Positions 34,057 through 44,183 are shown, counted from the stretch's first letter. The stretch is 64,000 nt of DNA from Bacillota bacterium (GCA_021846565.1 JAJZWS010000011.1:4797-68796), one strand, 5' to 3'. Program-made: numbers and translations. The notes: generated by a model from the sequence alone, not told the origin.

Positions 34057-35709
34057 GTGGTGCGAGTGGCCCGAACTCGTGCATTTCGACGGGCTCTGAC
34101 CCTATGGGATTTGGTCATGGTCAATTTGGCGGCCATCATTGGGTCGGGGTGGCTCCTGGCCGCCATGGCTGCGGCCGGCCTCGCAGGCCCATCGGCCATT
34201 CTCGCTTGGCTCATCGGCATAGCCGCCTCGCTGGTCATCGCTCCGTTTTTCATGGAGCTGGGGACCTTGTTCCCTGAAACCGGCAGCATGGCCCGCTACG
34301 CGCAGTACACCCAGTCTCCGTTTGTGAGCCACCTGGTCGGCTGGGCTACGTTTATTTCCTGGGCCGCGTTTTCCCCTTTGGAAACCGTCGCCATGATCCA
34401 GTACGGGAGCTCGTGGGTCCCAGGTCTCTATGCGAACGGGTCCCTGACGCCCCCCGGGTTTGTGGTGGGGGCGCTGTTGATGATCGGGTTCATGACCTTG
34501 AACCTCATGGGCATGAAGCTGTTTGCCCGGATCAACAACTATACGATGGCGTGGAAGATGGTCATTCCCGCCCTCACCGTGGTGGTGCTCCTCGTGGCGG
34601 CCCACCACGTGGGCAACCTCACGCACGGCGGCATTCTGCCGTACGGCGTCTCTGGGATGCTGGGGGCGGTGTCGTCCGGCGGCATCATCCTGTCCCTGAC
34701 GGGTTTCCGGCACTCTATTGATCTGGCGGGCGAGGCTAAGAACCCTCAGCGGGATGTGCCGCGTTCCATCTGGATCTCGCTCCTGTTGGCCGGCGCGTTG
34801 TATCTCTGCTTGGAGGTGGCATTCGTGCTGGCCGTGCCGCCGTCCGCGCTGCACCATGGCTGGGCGGGGTTGTCATTCAACGCGCCCTACGTGGACCTGG
34901 CCCTGGTGGCGGGTTTGGGGTGGCTTGCCCTGTTGCTGCGCATTGACGCGGTCATCTCCCCGGCCGACACCGCGCTGGTGAACCTCACCAGCGCGTCGCG
35001 CACGGCGCACGCCATGGGGCGGAACGGATCCTTTCCCACCGTCTTCACGCGGCTCACGGATGCGGGCCAGCCCATCACCGGACTGGTGGTGACCTGGCTG
35101 GTGGGCTTCCTGTTCCTGCTGCCGTTCCCGAGTTGGCGGGCGCTCGCGGGCGTCGTGTCGGACGTCATTGTGCTGACGTATATCATGGGACCCATTTCCG
35201 TGGGCGTCATGCGGCGGGTGGCGCCCAAGCCCGCGCGAAATGTGAGCCGCGTCCCGTGGCTCTCGATCTGGGGGCCGGCCGGCTTCATCATCGGGAGTCT
35301 CTTGATTTACTGGTCCGGCTGGCCCACGATTGGCAAGGTCATGCTGGTGGAGCTGGCCGGCGTGATTGTGTACGCGTACTACTGGACCCACCACCGCGAG
35401 GACGCGGCCACCGACCACGTCGTGGCCAAAAGCGCCTGGTTCGTGGTGTATCTCGCGGTCATTACGGGGTTGGACTATCTGGGCAGCTTCAACGCTGCTG
35501 CCGGCGCCCCCAAGGTGCTGCCGGCCCCCTGGGACTCGCTGGTCGTGGCCGTGGTGGCGTTGGCGTTTTATCGCTGGGGGGTGGCGTCCGGCTACGAGAC
35601 GCAAGACTTGAGACGAGTCCGCACAGCACTGCCCGCCATGCGCCGAGGGCAGGCGACGCAGGGCGAGTCGCAATTTGACGTGCCGTCCGGTGAGGCGGCC
35701 GACGACTAG
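34057..35709 (+). CDS. APC-superfamily amino acid permease. The start may be GTG 34066.
   Basis: 550 aa and about 12 TM segments. N-terminal LTLWDLVMVNLAAIIGSGWL, typical of amino acid/polyamine permeases. Confidence 0.88.
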   Translation: MVRVARTRAFRRALTLWDLVMVNLAAIIGSGWLLAAMAAAGLAGPSAILAWLIGIAASLVIAPFFMELGTLFPETGSMARYAQYTQSPFVSHLVGWATFISWAAFSPLETVAMIQYGSSWVPGLYANGSLTPPGFVVGALLMIGFMTLNLMGMKLFARINNYTMAWKMVIPALTVVVLLVAAHHVGNLTHGGILPYGVSGMLGAVSSGGIILSLTGFRHSIDLAGEAKNPQRDVPRSIWISLLLAGALYLCLEVAFVLAVPPSALHHGWAGLSFNAPYVDLALVAGLGWLALLLRIDAVISPADTALVNLTSASRTAHAMGRNGSFPTVFTRLTDAGQPITGLVVTWLVGFLFLLPFPSWRALAGVVSDVIVLTYIMGPISVGVMRRVAPKPARNVSRVPWLSIWGPAGFIIGSLLIYWSGWPTIGKVMLVELAGVIVYAYYWTHHREDAATDHVVAKSAWFVVYLAVITGLDYLGSFNAAAGAPKVLPAPWDSLVVAVVALAFYRWGVASGYETQDLRRVRTALPAMRRGQATQGESQFDVPSGEAADD

Positions 35710-35771
35710 CAGGAACCGAGGCCGCCGGTCGCGAACTTCCGCCGGACCGAGCCGTTCGGCGGGGAGGAATC

Positions 35772-37019
35772 ATGATGCTGGTGGCCGAGCATGCGCCGCG
35801 ACGGCTTCGGGTATCGGAAAACCTAGCGCTGTCGTTCTTCTGGTTCACGTCCAACGCTCAGTGGACGGCCCTGATTATCATATTGGGGCCGGCCGTCATT
35901 CGACAGTTTGTCGGTGACACCCAGGCCGGTCTGGTACTGTCCGGCCTCACGGCGGTAGGCGCGCTGATTGCGAGTGTGGTGCAGCCGCTCGCGGGCGCCA
36001 TCTCCGACCGCAAGGTGGGAAGCCTCGGCCGCCGACGGCCCTACATGCTGGTGGGCGTGCCGGCGACCGCGCTGTTGCTGTGGTACATGGGCGCCGCTCC
36101 CTCCATCCCGCTGTTTGCCGCTGCGTACTTTCTTCTGCAGGTGGTGGCGAACCTGGCGGCGGCGCCGTATCAGGCGCTCATTCCGGATTTGGTGGTGGCC
36201 GACCAGCGGGGGACCGCATCGGGCTACATGGGGCTCATGACCCAGGCGGCCGTCATTGGCGGCGTGGTGATTGCCAGCGCCTTTGCTATCCGCACGGCGT
36301 TTGAGGTGCTGGCGCTCCTGCAGGTGCTGGGGCTCCTCGTCACGGTCGTGGGCGTCCGGGAGGTGCCCCAGCGCACCGCGGCGGCGCCATTTCGCTGGCG
36401 GGCCTTTTTGCAAAGCTTTTGGATTCCCCCGCGTGAGCACAGCGACTGGTGGTGGGTGTTTGGCACCCGCCTCATGGTGCTCTTGGGCTTCGGCACGCTC
36501 GAATATTATCTCAACTACTATCTGGTGTATGTCCAGCACATGAAAAACCCCAACGGGCCCCTCGAAAGCATCCTGCTGCTGGTGACGATTGGGTCCTTGA
36601 TTTCCGTTCTGACGGCGGGGTGGCTGTCGGATCGGCTGAAGCGACGCAAGATGATGGTGCGCTGGGGTGGCTTGGTCATGGGGCTGTCCGCGCTGGGCTT
36701 CGTGTTTTCCCACGGCATGACGCAGATCCTGGTGCTGTCCGGGCTTTTCGGGGTGGGGTATGGCACCTATCTCTCCACGGATTGGGCGCTGGCTGTCGAT
36801 GTGCTGCCCAAGGGGCGGGATGCTGCCAAAGACATGGGGCTCTGGTCGATTTCGCAGACTCTGTCCCAAACCATTGCGACTTTGATTGCGGGGGGCCTCC
36901 TGGCGGTCCTGGTGTCCAGTGCGGGGCTCGCGATGTCGTACCGGGTGCTTTATCTGGTGACGTTCGTGTACTTCCTGGTGGGATCGCTGTTGATCACCAA
37001 GGTCAAAAGCGTCCGGTGA
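35772..37019 (+). CDS. MFS transporter
   Basis: 415 aa and 12 predicted TM segments. Contains the loop motif GAISDRKVGSLGRRRP. Confidence 0.85.
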   Translation: MMLVAEHAPRRLRVSENLALSFFWFTSNAQWTALIIILGPAVIRQFVGDTQAGLVLSGLTAVGALIASVVQPLAGAISDRKVGSLGRRRPYMLVGVPATALLLWYMGAAPSIPLFAAAYFLLQVVANLAAAPYQALIPDLVVADQRGTASGYMGLMTQAAVIGGVVIASAFAIRTAFEVLALLQVLGLLVTVVGVREVPQRTAAAPFRWRAFLQSFWIPPREHSDWWWVFGTRLMVLLGFGTLEYYLNYYLVYVQHMKNPNGPLESILLLVTIGSLISVLTAGWLSDRLKRRKMMVRWGGLVMGLSALGFVFSHGMTQILVLSGLFGVGYGTYLSTDWALAVDVLPKGRDAAKDMGLWSISQTLSQTIATLIAGGLLAVLVSSAGLAMSYRVLYLVTFVYFLVGSLLITKVKSVR

Positions 37020-37547
37020 GCCATCCGGCCCTCCCCCGCCACAGAGCCTCGGGGTTGTCATCGGCACTCTCTCGGGCCTCCGATGGGCGAAGGGCTCCCG
37101 GGTGGCCGGCTGCAGCAACGGGCCCGCCGACCGCCCCAGCGAGGCCGCCCCAGCAGACCCAACGAGATGTCCCCACGACGTGGCTGCGATGGGACGAGGG
37201 GCTGGCCCGTTGGACCTCCGCGAAAATCTCCGCCACCAAAAGGTCCCTCGGAGCCCCGACCAAGAGGCTTCCCGCCAACGGCATCGGTCAGGAAGGGCTT
37301 GCGTCGTTGCGACCCAGCCCAACCCGGCCACGGCGATGCCCAGCACGATGATCCGGCCGCGGTCGAGGGAAAACCTGACGCCTGTCAAACCGGCGCACAG
37401 ATGAAACGCATCGCGATAGAAAACAATCTGCAACCAGCGCGCGGGCCAGCGTACCTCTCAAAAGCCGTGCCGGTCCGCCCGGCCCACTGGGGTCTCTGAC
37501 ACACGTGACCGACCCTGTCCTGGAGGGGAGCATGGCTGACGTCGTCG

Positions 37548-37850
37548 TTAGGCATGGGAATGACAATCAGTCGGGGGCGTCCCCTCCCGGGGGGGTTCAG
37601 GAGGAACGAGGTCGGGAGGAGGCGCCGGCGCGTCCTCCTGCAAAGAGGCCATGCCGCTGGGGAAAAGCGTCGTGACGTCGATCGGCCAAGCCCTCGCGGT
37701 GGCTCCGCGGGTTTCGCCGATCGCGTCGCGCACCTGTTGCAGGCGCAGGAGGATGCGAAGCTTATCGGCGTACGGCAGGGCGGCCAGCGCCCGGCGCCGG
37801 CGCTGCTTGGCGGCCAGCGCCTCCTGCATGGCGGCCGGCAGCTCGGTCAT
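37548..37850 (-). CDS. Small hypothetical protein, downstream partner of the second NTase-fold gene
   Basis: Start MTELPAAMQEALAAKQRRRR at 37850 overlaps the upstream stop (ATGA). Helical N-half and a Pro-rich tail. No domain recognised. Confidence 0.4.
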   Translation of the reverse strand: MTELPAAMQEALAAKQRRRRALAALPYADKLRILLRLQQVRDAIGETRGATARAWPIDVTTLFPSGMASLQEDAPAPPPDLVPPEPPREGTPPTDCHSHA

Positions 37851-38341
37851 GGGGTCTCCTCCTGGGACGGCACGGACAGGCCATGGCGACCACAAATATC
37901 GGCTAGGCGGACCGTGTTCACAGAACCCTCGTCCATGAGCAACTGGACGCGCGCTCGATCCTTGAGGCGGCCTGTCTGGGCAGCCATGGCAATCAAGTGC
38001 TCAAGTGGTAAGACGCGCGTGGCCACCCCCTCGACGTCAACCAGGCGCGCCTGCTCCAACGCTTCTTCCACCAACGGATTGTAGGCAGGCAGAAACTGAA
38101 CCGGCACGCCCTCAATGACGATGCATTCGCCTTCGGGCTCATATCCGCGCTGTCGCAGCGCGTCATAGATCGGCGTGAGTGTCAGCAGCCCGCTGCTGGT
38201 TGGCAACACCACAAAGATATGCATATCATAGGTGACGGTCGGCTCGACGTAAAACATGGCGGCCATGGCACCGCCGATGGCATACCGGTGAACGATGCCC
38301 TGTCGCTCCAGTTCGTTGAGCACGGCGAGGGTTGCCTTCAT
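37847..38341 (-). CDS. Nucleotidyltransferase-fold protein with a degenerate catalytic motif
   Basis: MKATLAVLNELERQG..AIGGAMAAMFYVEPTVTYDMHIFV (GG..T.D.H in place of D.D) and VLPLEHLIAMAAQTGRLKDRARVQLL, typical of small NTase/AbiEii-like folds. Confidence 0.5.
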   Translation of the reverse strand: MKATLAVLNELERQGIVHRYAIGGAMAAMFYVEPTVTYDMHIFVVLPTSSGLLTLTPIYDALRQRGYEPEGECIVIEGVPVQFLPAYNPLVEEALEQARLVDVEGVATRVLPLEHLIAMAAQTGRLKDRARVQLLMDEGSVNTVRLADICGRHGLSVPSQEETP

Positions 38342-38892
38342 GTATTCCACCCTTCGTTCTCTATTATGCCATCGCCCCCGGCGGACAGCGGGCGATGTCA
38401 TCCTTAGCCGGAGGCCGGGACTCGGCCGGTGGGTCCCGCCCCCGACCCTGACCCCAAGCCGGTAGCTGCAACAGACGTTGCATGCTTGCGGCGAGCCGGA
38501 CCGCTTCGGTCAAGACTCGCCGCACATCGTCACCGGCGCCGACCCGTGGTCTGCTGGCCAGCAGCGGGCACAGTGGGTGCGATGAGCGCGGCTTCGTCAA
38601 CCACGGACGGTAGGTCGCCCGCGTCCACCGCTCGGTGAGCCTGGCACCATCGGGCGAGCGGACCGGCCAATGCCAGGGAGCGGGGCCAAGGTCGCACGAG
38701 AACCACGCCAGGTGGAGATCGAGGCCGCCGTGCAGAGTCAGGTCAAGCTGTCTCGCGTGCGCCGGCCCGTGGGGCTATACGGTTGCACCATCTGGCTGAT
38801 GTCGTTGCCGATGCTGCCCGACGCGACATGTGGCGGATGGTCCCCTCCGCACCTCATCGTGTGCGAACCTCTGGGATTTGTGCGGCCGTCAG

Positions 38893-39414
38893 TCAGCGCG
38901 CGTCGATAAACCCGTACGCCGCCTCGGGCAGGTCAACGCCACCGATGGCCACCGGTCGCTCAGCCAGGCGCTGGCCGCCCATGTGTTCATAGAAGCGAAC
39001 GGTGGGGTTTTGGGTCAGCACCCAAACCACAAAGGGCATCAGGCCTGCGTGCCTAAGGCTTTCCGTCGTATGACGCCATAGGCGGGCACCCGTACCGAAA
39101 CCTTGGGCGGCCCGCGTTAGGTAGATCGAATACACCTCGCCTGGCCACCCGGGAAACGCCCCGCCGCGCTGGGGACCACCCGACGCATGACCCACAATCA
39201 CCCCGGAGCGCTCTGCCACCCACACGGTCGTGTCCCGATGGTCCAGCAGTCTCTGCCATCGGGCTTGCTGGCGCTCTGGATCCATCCCGTCCAAGAACCC
39301 ATCCGGGACAATACCCCGATAGGTCGTCCGCCAGCTTTCCACATGGGCCCGGGCGATGCCCGCCGCGTCGGTAAGCACGGCGGGGCGCACCACGACCGAT
39401 GCGGTGTCCTCCAC
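38893..39414 (-). CDS. GNAT-family N-acetyltransferase
   Basis: 173 aa. Acetyl-CoA binding pattern IYLTRAAQGFGTGARLW. Confidence 0.85.
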   Translation of the reverse strand: MEDTASVVVRPAVLTDAAGIARAHVESWRTTYRGIVPDGFLDGMDPERQQARWQRLLDHRDTTVWVAERSGVIVGHASGGPQRGGAFPGWPGEVYSIYLTRAAQGFGTGARLWRHTTESLRHAGLMPFVVWVLTQNPTVRFYEHMGGQRLAERPVAIGGVDLPEAAYGFIDAR

Positions 39415-39452
39415 GGTGGTCTCCTCCCGCGCCCTTCGACCGCCAGGCCCTG

Positions 39453-41465
39453 CTACTCACTGGACCCCATCGCCATGGCGGCCGGCAGCGGGGTGGCGCG
39501 CATGCCCACCGCCGCGGCCAGCAGCTCCGTCACGTCGGTCACCCGCAGCCGATCATCCACCCCCAGCGCGGTGGCGGCCGCATGAAACATTGACACGTCC
39601 TTGGGACAGGCCACCACGAAGTGGGTAATGCCCGGGAGCGCCAACGCCTCGCGGATGCGCTGGTTGGCGGGACGCTCCACGATGCCGGTCTCATCCATCC
39701 AAATGCGGCCACCCCCTGCACCGCAGCAAAAGCTTTGCTCCCCATGCCGCGGCATTTCTCTGAGGTCCACCCCCAGCGCGCGCAGCAGCTCGCGCGGCGC
39801 TTCGGTGATGTGGTTCCATCGCCCCAGGTAGCACGGGTCATGATACGTGGCGCGAATCGGCACGGGCGTGACAGGCAGGCGGCCCTCCTGAATGAGGGCC
39901 AGAAATGCCTCCGTGTAGTGGAACACGGGCTTGTCGAACCCGAACTTCCGGTATTCATTCTTGAGGGCGTTCAGGGAGTGTGGATCGGTGGTGAACACCC
40001 GCTGGAAGGTGGCCTTCTCCAGGATCTTCAGGTTTTTCTGGGCCAGTGTTTCAAACAGGCCGTACTCCCCAATGCGCAGCGCGTCGTTGCCGGAGTTCAC
40101 CTCCCCCTCGTACAGGATCCCAAAGTCCACGCCAGCCCGATGCAGCAGCTCGCCCACCAGCGGGGTCATTTCGCGGGCACGGGGGTCTAACGCGGCAAAG
40201 TCCCCCACGAACCAGAGCCAGTCCACCGGTTCCTTGCGGGCGTCCTTGATGGGGAACTCCAGTCCCTTGGCCCACTCGGGACGCTTGCGCGCCGGTTGGC
40301 CAAACGAGTTGCCCTGGCGCTCCCAAGCCACCAGCACCTTCTGCGCCGCCGGATCCACGTCGCCGTCTTCGAGGAGCGCCGCACGGAGTCCGGCAATCTT
40401 GGGCACGTGCTCAATGAACACCGGACACGCCTTCTGGCAGGCACCGCACGTAGTGCAGGCCCACAGGGCTTCGCGGGACACGGCGCCACCCGCGAGCGGC
40501 GGAGCGTCGGCCGCCGGCCGCCCCCAGTCGCTCACCAGCCGGTCTCGCAGGTCCAGGATGACCATCTTGGGCGAAAGCGGCTGACCGGCGGCATTGGCGG
40601 GACATACGTCCTGGCAGCGCCCGCACTCCGTGCAGGTGAAAAGGTCCAGCACGTCCTTCCAGCGCATGTCATCGAACGAGCGGATGGCCATCGTCTCTTC
40701 AGGGGGCGACTCCACCAGCTCCCCGATGGGACCGAGCTTGCGAAAGAAGATGTTGGGCACGGCCAGCAGAATGTGAAAATGCTTGGAGTACGGGAGATAC
40801 GCCAAAAACGCGAACACCATCCCGATGTCCATCAGGTAGCCCACGGTGTAGCCCACCATCGCGCCCGTGGGCGTGGTCCAACCGAGGGCCCGCCACAGGT
40901 GGTACAAGCCGTTGCCAAGAAACTCGCTCTTAAGAGACGGGTCCGTCACATGGAAGAATGACGCCGCCACCACGGGGTAGAACGACTCATGCACAACGAT
41001 GCCCACCACGATGATCGCAATGAGCACCAAAATCATGTAAGCATCCCGCTCGTCAGAGCCATGGAAGCGGGCCGGCCGCAGCACGGCCCGATTGTACACG
41101 GCCATCAGCACGCCCACCAGCACCAGTGCCACCCACACATCGACCGCTAGGCTGAGCCACGGCCCGATGCCAAATCCCGGCCGAAACACCTGGCCGATGG
41201 TGCCCACGATGTCCAGCAGCAGCACAACGAATCCGCTGAAAATAAAGTAATGCAGGATGCCGGAGAAGGGGATGCGGACCATGCGGCGATGGCCAAACAC
41301 CTGGGTTCCCACCGAGAGGAGCCGCTCGCCGATCCGGTCCCACCGCACGACGGGCCGAGTCCGACGCATGACGTTCCAGATGGCCCGGCCCCGCACTCCA
41401 AAAACCCCGACGCTGGCCAGGGCCACCACGATGGTGGCGGCCACGAGCACGGTCCGCAGTGTCAT
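39453..41465 (-). CDS. Membrane-bound Fe-S oxidoreductase (EtfD/Emo-like ETF:menaquinone oxidoreductase; HdrD-like CCG domains)
   Basis: 670 aa. About 6 N-terminal TM helices, CTECGRCQDVCP and CTTCGACQKACP clusters, and C-terminal CCG domains (SFCCGAGGG). Immediately downstream of etfBA. Confidence 0.8.
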   Translation of the reverse strand: MTLRTVLVAATIVVALASVGVFGVRGRAIWNVMRRTRPVVRWDRIGERLLSVGTQVFGHRRMVRIPFSGILHYFIFSGFVVLLLDIVGTIGQVFRPGFGIGPWLSLAVDVWVALVLVGVLMAVYNRAVLRPARFHGSDERDAYMILVLIAIIVVGIVVHESFYPVVAASFFHVTDPSLKSEFLGNGLYHLWRALGWTTPTGAMVGYTVGYLMDIGMVFAFLAYLPYSKHFHILLAVPNIFFRKLGPIGELVESPPEETMAIRSFDDMRWKDVLDLFTCTECGRCQDVCPANAAGQPLSPKMVILDLRDRLVSDWGRPAADAPPLAGGAVSREALWACTTCGACQKACPVFIEHVPKIAGLRAALLEDGDVDPAAQKVLVAWERQGNSFGQPARKRPEWAKGLEFPIKDARKEPVDWLWFVGDFAALDPRAREMTPLVGELLHRAGVDFGILYEGEVNSGNDALRIGEYGLFETLAQKNLKILEKATFQRVFTTDPHSLNALKNEYRKFGFDKPVFHYTEAFLALIQEGRLPVTPVPIRATYHDPCYLGRWNHITEAPRELLRALGVDLREMPRHGEQSFCCGAGGGRIWMDETGIVERPANQRIREALALPGITHFVVACPKDVSMFHAAATALGVDDRLRVTDVTELLAAAVGMRATPLPAAMAMGSSE

Positions 41466-41466
41466 G

Positions 41467-42417
41467 CTAACCCGCCTCCCCGAGAAGCTCCGTCAAGAGC
41501 GGCATCAGTTCCAAGATGTCGCAGGTAGCGCCGTAGTGGGCCACCTCGAAGATAGGGGCCGCCGGATCGCTGTTGACCGCGACGATAATCTCGCTGTCTT
41601 TCATCCCCTGCAGGTGTTCGGGCGCCCCACTGATGCCCAGCGCCAGATAGAGCTTGGGCTTCACGGTCTGCCCCGACTTGCCCACCTGCCGCGCCCGGGG
41701 CAGCCAGCCCGCGTCGACCACGGGTCGCGAGCAGCTCACCACCGCCCCCAGCGCCTCCGCCAGCTCATCGGCCAGCTCCAGGTTGTCCGGGTCCTGGATG
41801 CCACGGCCCACACTCACCAGCACATCGGCCCGCGTGATGTCCACGTCCCCGGTTTCCGGCTCAATGGTCCGCACCAGTTCCATCGCGGATTCGGGCGCCA
41901 CCGCCACCTCGCGTACCGGGGTGCCGCCGGCCACCGCATCGTCCGCCGGCCAGGAGCCAGGCAGGACCGTCAGCACGGATCCCTCCGGCACCGCCACCTC
42001 CGCCACCAGCTTGCCCGCATACACCTGGCTGGTTGCGGTGAACTCCCCGCCTTCGACCGCTGTGAGGCTGGTCACATACGCCACCATGGGGCGGCCCTCG
42101 GCCGCCGCCGTAGCCGCGCCCAGGTCCATGCCCATGGTGGTATTGGCCAGCAGCACCAGGCCTGCCGACGTTTCGCGCACCATCTGGCGCAGCGCCGCCT
42201 CCGCCAGGGTGGGCACGTAGGGGTCGGCTCCCACCACCAGCACGGCGTCATCGGCGCCCGACGCCGCCAGGGCGCTTCGGGCCGCCTCGCCAAATCCCAG
42301 GGCCACGACCCGCGTCGACCGCGCTTGCGCCAGCTGGCGCGCGCGGGTTAACAGCTCCCCAGTCGCTGGGCTCATGGCATCGTTCTGCAACTCGACCACG
42401 ACGATAATCGGTCCCAT
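41467..42417 (-). CDS. etfA: Electron transfer flavoprotein alpha subunit
   Basis: 316 aa. C-terminal FAD-binding block KLYLALGISGAPEHLQGMKDSEIIVAVNSD. Confidence 0.92.
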   Translation of the reverse strand: MGPIIVVVELQNDAMSPATGELLTRARQLAQARSTRVVALGFGEAARSALAASGADDAVLVVGADPYVPTLAEAALRQMVRETSAGLVLLANTTMGMDLGAATAAAEGRPMVAYVTSLTAVEGGEFTATSQVYAGKLVAEVAVPEGSVLTVLPGSWPADDAVAGGTPVREVAVAPESAMELVRTIEPETGDVDITRADVLVSVGRGIQDPDNLELADELAEALGAVVSCSRPVVDAGWLPRARQVGKSGQTVKPKLYLALGISGAPEHLQGMKDSEIIVAVNSDPAAPIFEVAHYGATCDILELMPLLTELLGEAG

Positions 42418-42421
42418 GTCA

Positions 42422-43189
42422 TCAGCTCCTTAAGTGCTGTTCATCCAGAAGGGCCACGAGCGCCGCCGCCACCTCGGCCGCATCCCCTTCCCACATCGTG
42501 GCGTGTCCCTGCGCCTCGGGCCGGTAGAGCCGCTGCACGGCGAGCGTCGACTCCGCCGAAGGCGCACCGGCCTCCACCTCCTCCAGCGTTGCGGAGCGAG
42601 ACACCTGGCGAATGCGGGCGATGGGCACATAGCGGGGAGGTTTTTTCGCCGCCTGCACCCCCAGCACCAGGGGGGTGGCCGATCGAAACTCGGCCATGCG
42701 GCCGCCGGCATACTCCTGCACGAAGCTCACCGGGCCAGAACCCACTGCCACGTCGCGCACCACCGAGGCGTGCGGCCACCCCAGCATCCCCCCCAGCAAG
42801 CCGGCAATCTGCCCATCCAGGTCGTCCACAGCCTGGACGCCCGTCATGACCAGGTCGTACCCGGCGTCCGCCAGATAGTCCGCCAAGATGCGCGCTCGCT
42901 GTCGACCGGGCATTGTCCGGTCATAGTCGCCCACCAGCTTGACGGCGCGGTCGGCCCCTTTGGCCAGCGCAGCGTAAAGCATGTTGTCGATGTCACCGGT
43001 GTCCAGCGCCACCGCCGACACATGCGCCCCGGAGGCTTCTTTTAAGAGCAGCGCCTCTTCGAGGGCCTGGTCGTCCCACTCACTGGGCACATAGCTCAAG
43101 TCATCGACGGCCAACGCACGCCCCGATTCGTCCAGCTCCAACTCCTCCACCAGATCCGGGACATCCTTCACCAGCACGGCAATGCGCAC
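42422..43189 (-). CDS. etfB: Electron transfer flavoprotein beta subunit
   Basis: 255 aa. MRIAVLVKDVPD.. with ETF beta family pattern. Confidence 0.92.
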   Translation of the reverse strand: MRIAVLVKDVPDLVEELELDESGRALAVDDLSYVPSEWDDQALEEALLLKEASGAHVSAVALDTGDIDNMLYAALAKGADRAVKLVGDYDRTMPGRQRARILADYLADAGYDLVMTGVQAVDDLDGQIAGLLGGMLGWPHASVVRDVAVGSGPVSFVQEYAGGRMAEFRSATPLVLGVQAAKKPPRYVPIARIRQVSRSATLEEVEAGAPSAESTLAVQRLYRPEAQGHATMWEGDAAEVAAALVALLDEQHLRS

Positions 43190-43237
43190 CTCGAACCCTC
43201 CTCCTTGTCGCGTCGTCAGTTCTCGTTGCCCTTCAGT

Positions 43238-43750
43238 TCAGTGGCCCTGAGACGGCCATCGCTGGGCGGCCTGCTCCGCGACCTGCTGCACCATCTCCAC
43301 CTCCACCGGGGTAAAGGCGTCCCGTTCGGGTGCCAGCAGGACCAATACGGCCAGCACGCCCGGGCGCGTTACCGGCACGGCTACCGCTGACTGCGCCGCC
43401 GGATTGTCCAGGCGGTGCCCATGAAACATGCGCAGCAGCGGAACGATCTGTACCACGCGGTCCGCCGCGGCGGTGCCCACCAGGCCCTCATGCCATGGCA
43501 CGGTGAGCGCCACAGGGCCCCCCTGATGGGCCGCGAGCACCAGCCGAATGCCCGGCGGGTCCGGGGCGTACAGGCTGGCACTGACCAGAGACGGCCGCGC
43601 CTGCCACAAGACGGCACACACGCCCTGCAGGCGGCTGGACCATGGAGCCTCCTCCACGTCCAGCACTACCTGGGCCACCTCGACCACCTCGCGGACCGTA
43701 CTCCCGGGCCCTATGGCCAGGGTCGCCGCCACAACCCGGTCGGGCATCAA
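43238..43750 (-). CDS. Stand-alone GAF-domain protein embedded between the dsrE3-like gene and etfB
   Basis: 170 aa. GAF-like pattern (..SLYAPDPPGIRLVLAAHQG.. HEGLVGTAAADRVVQIV .. AVAVPVTRPGVLAVLVL). Start overlaps the DsrE3-like stop by 4 nt. Confidence 0.6.
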   Translation of the reverse strand: MMPDRVVAATLAIGPGSTVREVVEVAQVVLDVEEAPWSSRLQGVCAVLWQARPSLVSASLYAPDPPGIRLVLAAHQGGPVALTVPWHEGLVGTAAADRVVQIVPLLRMFHGHRLDNPAAQSAVAVPVTRPGVLAVLVLLAPERDAFTPVEVEMVQQVAEQAAQRWPSQGH

Positions 43751-44127
43751 AACGTGATGACGACGTCCGCCTCGGCCGCCATCTCGTTCAGTGCCGTGCC
43801 GCCCACCACGCCGGACACCTCAATCAAGTCGTCCAGGGTGCAGTCGTTCAGATCAAGGCTCGGGGCGCAGACGTAAAACTCCACGCCCGCCTCGCGGGCT
43901 TGATCCATGAAAAACTGCAGCGTGGATCCCTGCCCATACCCCTTGATGTAAAGCGATTCCGCTGCCCCTCGCTTGAGCAGGCTCGTGGCGGTGATGGTGA
44001 ACACCATCCGCGACTCCCCATCCATCAGCGCGGCGGTCGTGGCCAGAAAGAACGGGGAAGCCGACCTCTCCGGGGCTTCGACGCCCGTCGTGAGGATGTA
44101 GAGATACTTCTTGGTCTCGTCAGCCAT
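43747..44127 (-). CDS. DsrE/DsrF-family sulfur-relay protein (DsrE3-like)
   Basis: 126 aa. YLYILTTG..SPFFLATTAA.. and the putative active-site Cys in EFYVCAPSL. Confidence 0.8.
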   Translation of the reverse strand: MADETKKYLYILTTGVEAPERSASPFFLATTAALMDGESRMVFTITATSLLKRGAAESLYIKGYGQGSTLQFFMDQAREAGVEFYVCAPSLDLNDCTLDDLIEVSGVVGGTALNEMAAEADVVITF

Positions 44128-44183
44128 TGACTGCCTCCGTCCTATGGTTCATCGATTTTGCTCCCGTCCTGGTCCAATCCAGT

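Noticed and set aside
35823-37433. 536-aa minus-strand ORF opposite the MFS transporter
   Set aside because: Shadow ORF with an H/R/P/G-rich translation. The plus strand encodes a 12-TM MFS protein.
38402-38892. Gene-free 490 bp; fragments such as LTLHGGLDLH (minus strand) hinted at a kinase/APH remnant
   Set aside because: The matches are too short and ambiguous to call. No collinear family pattern emerges across frames.
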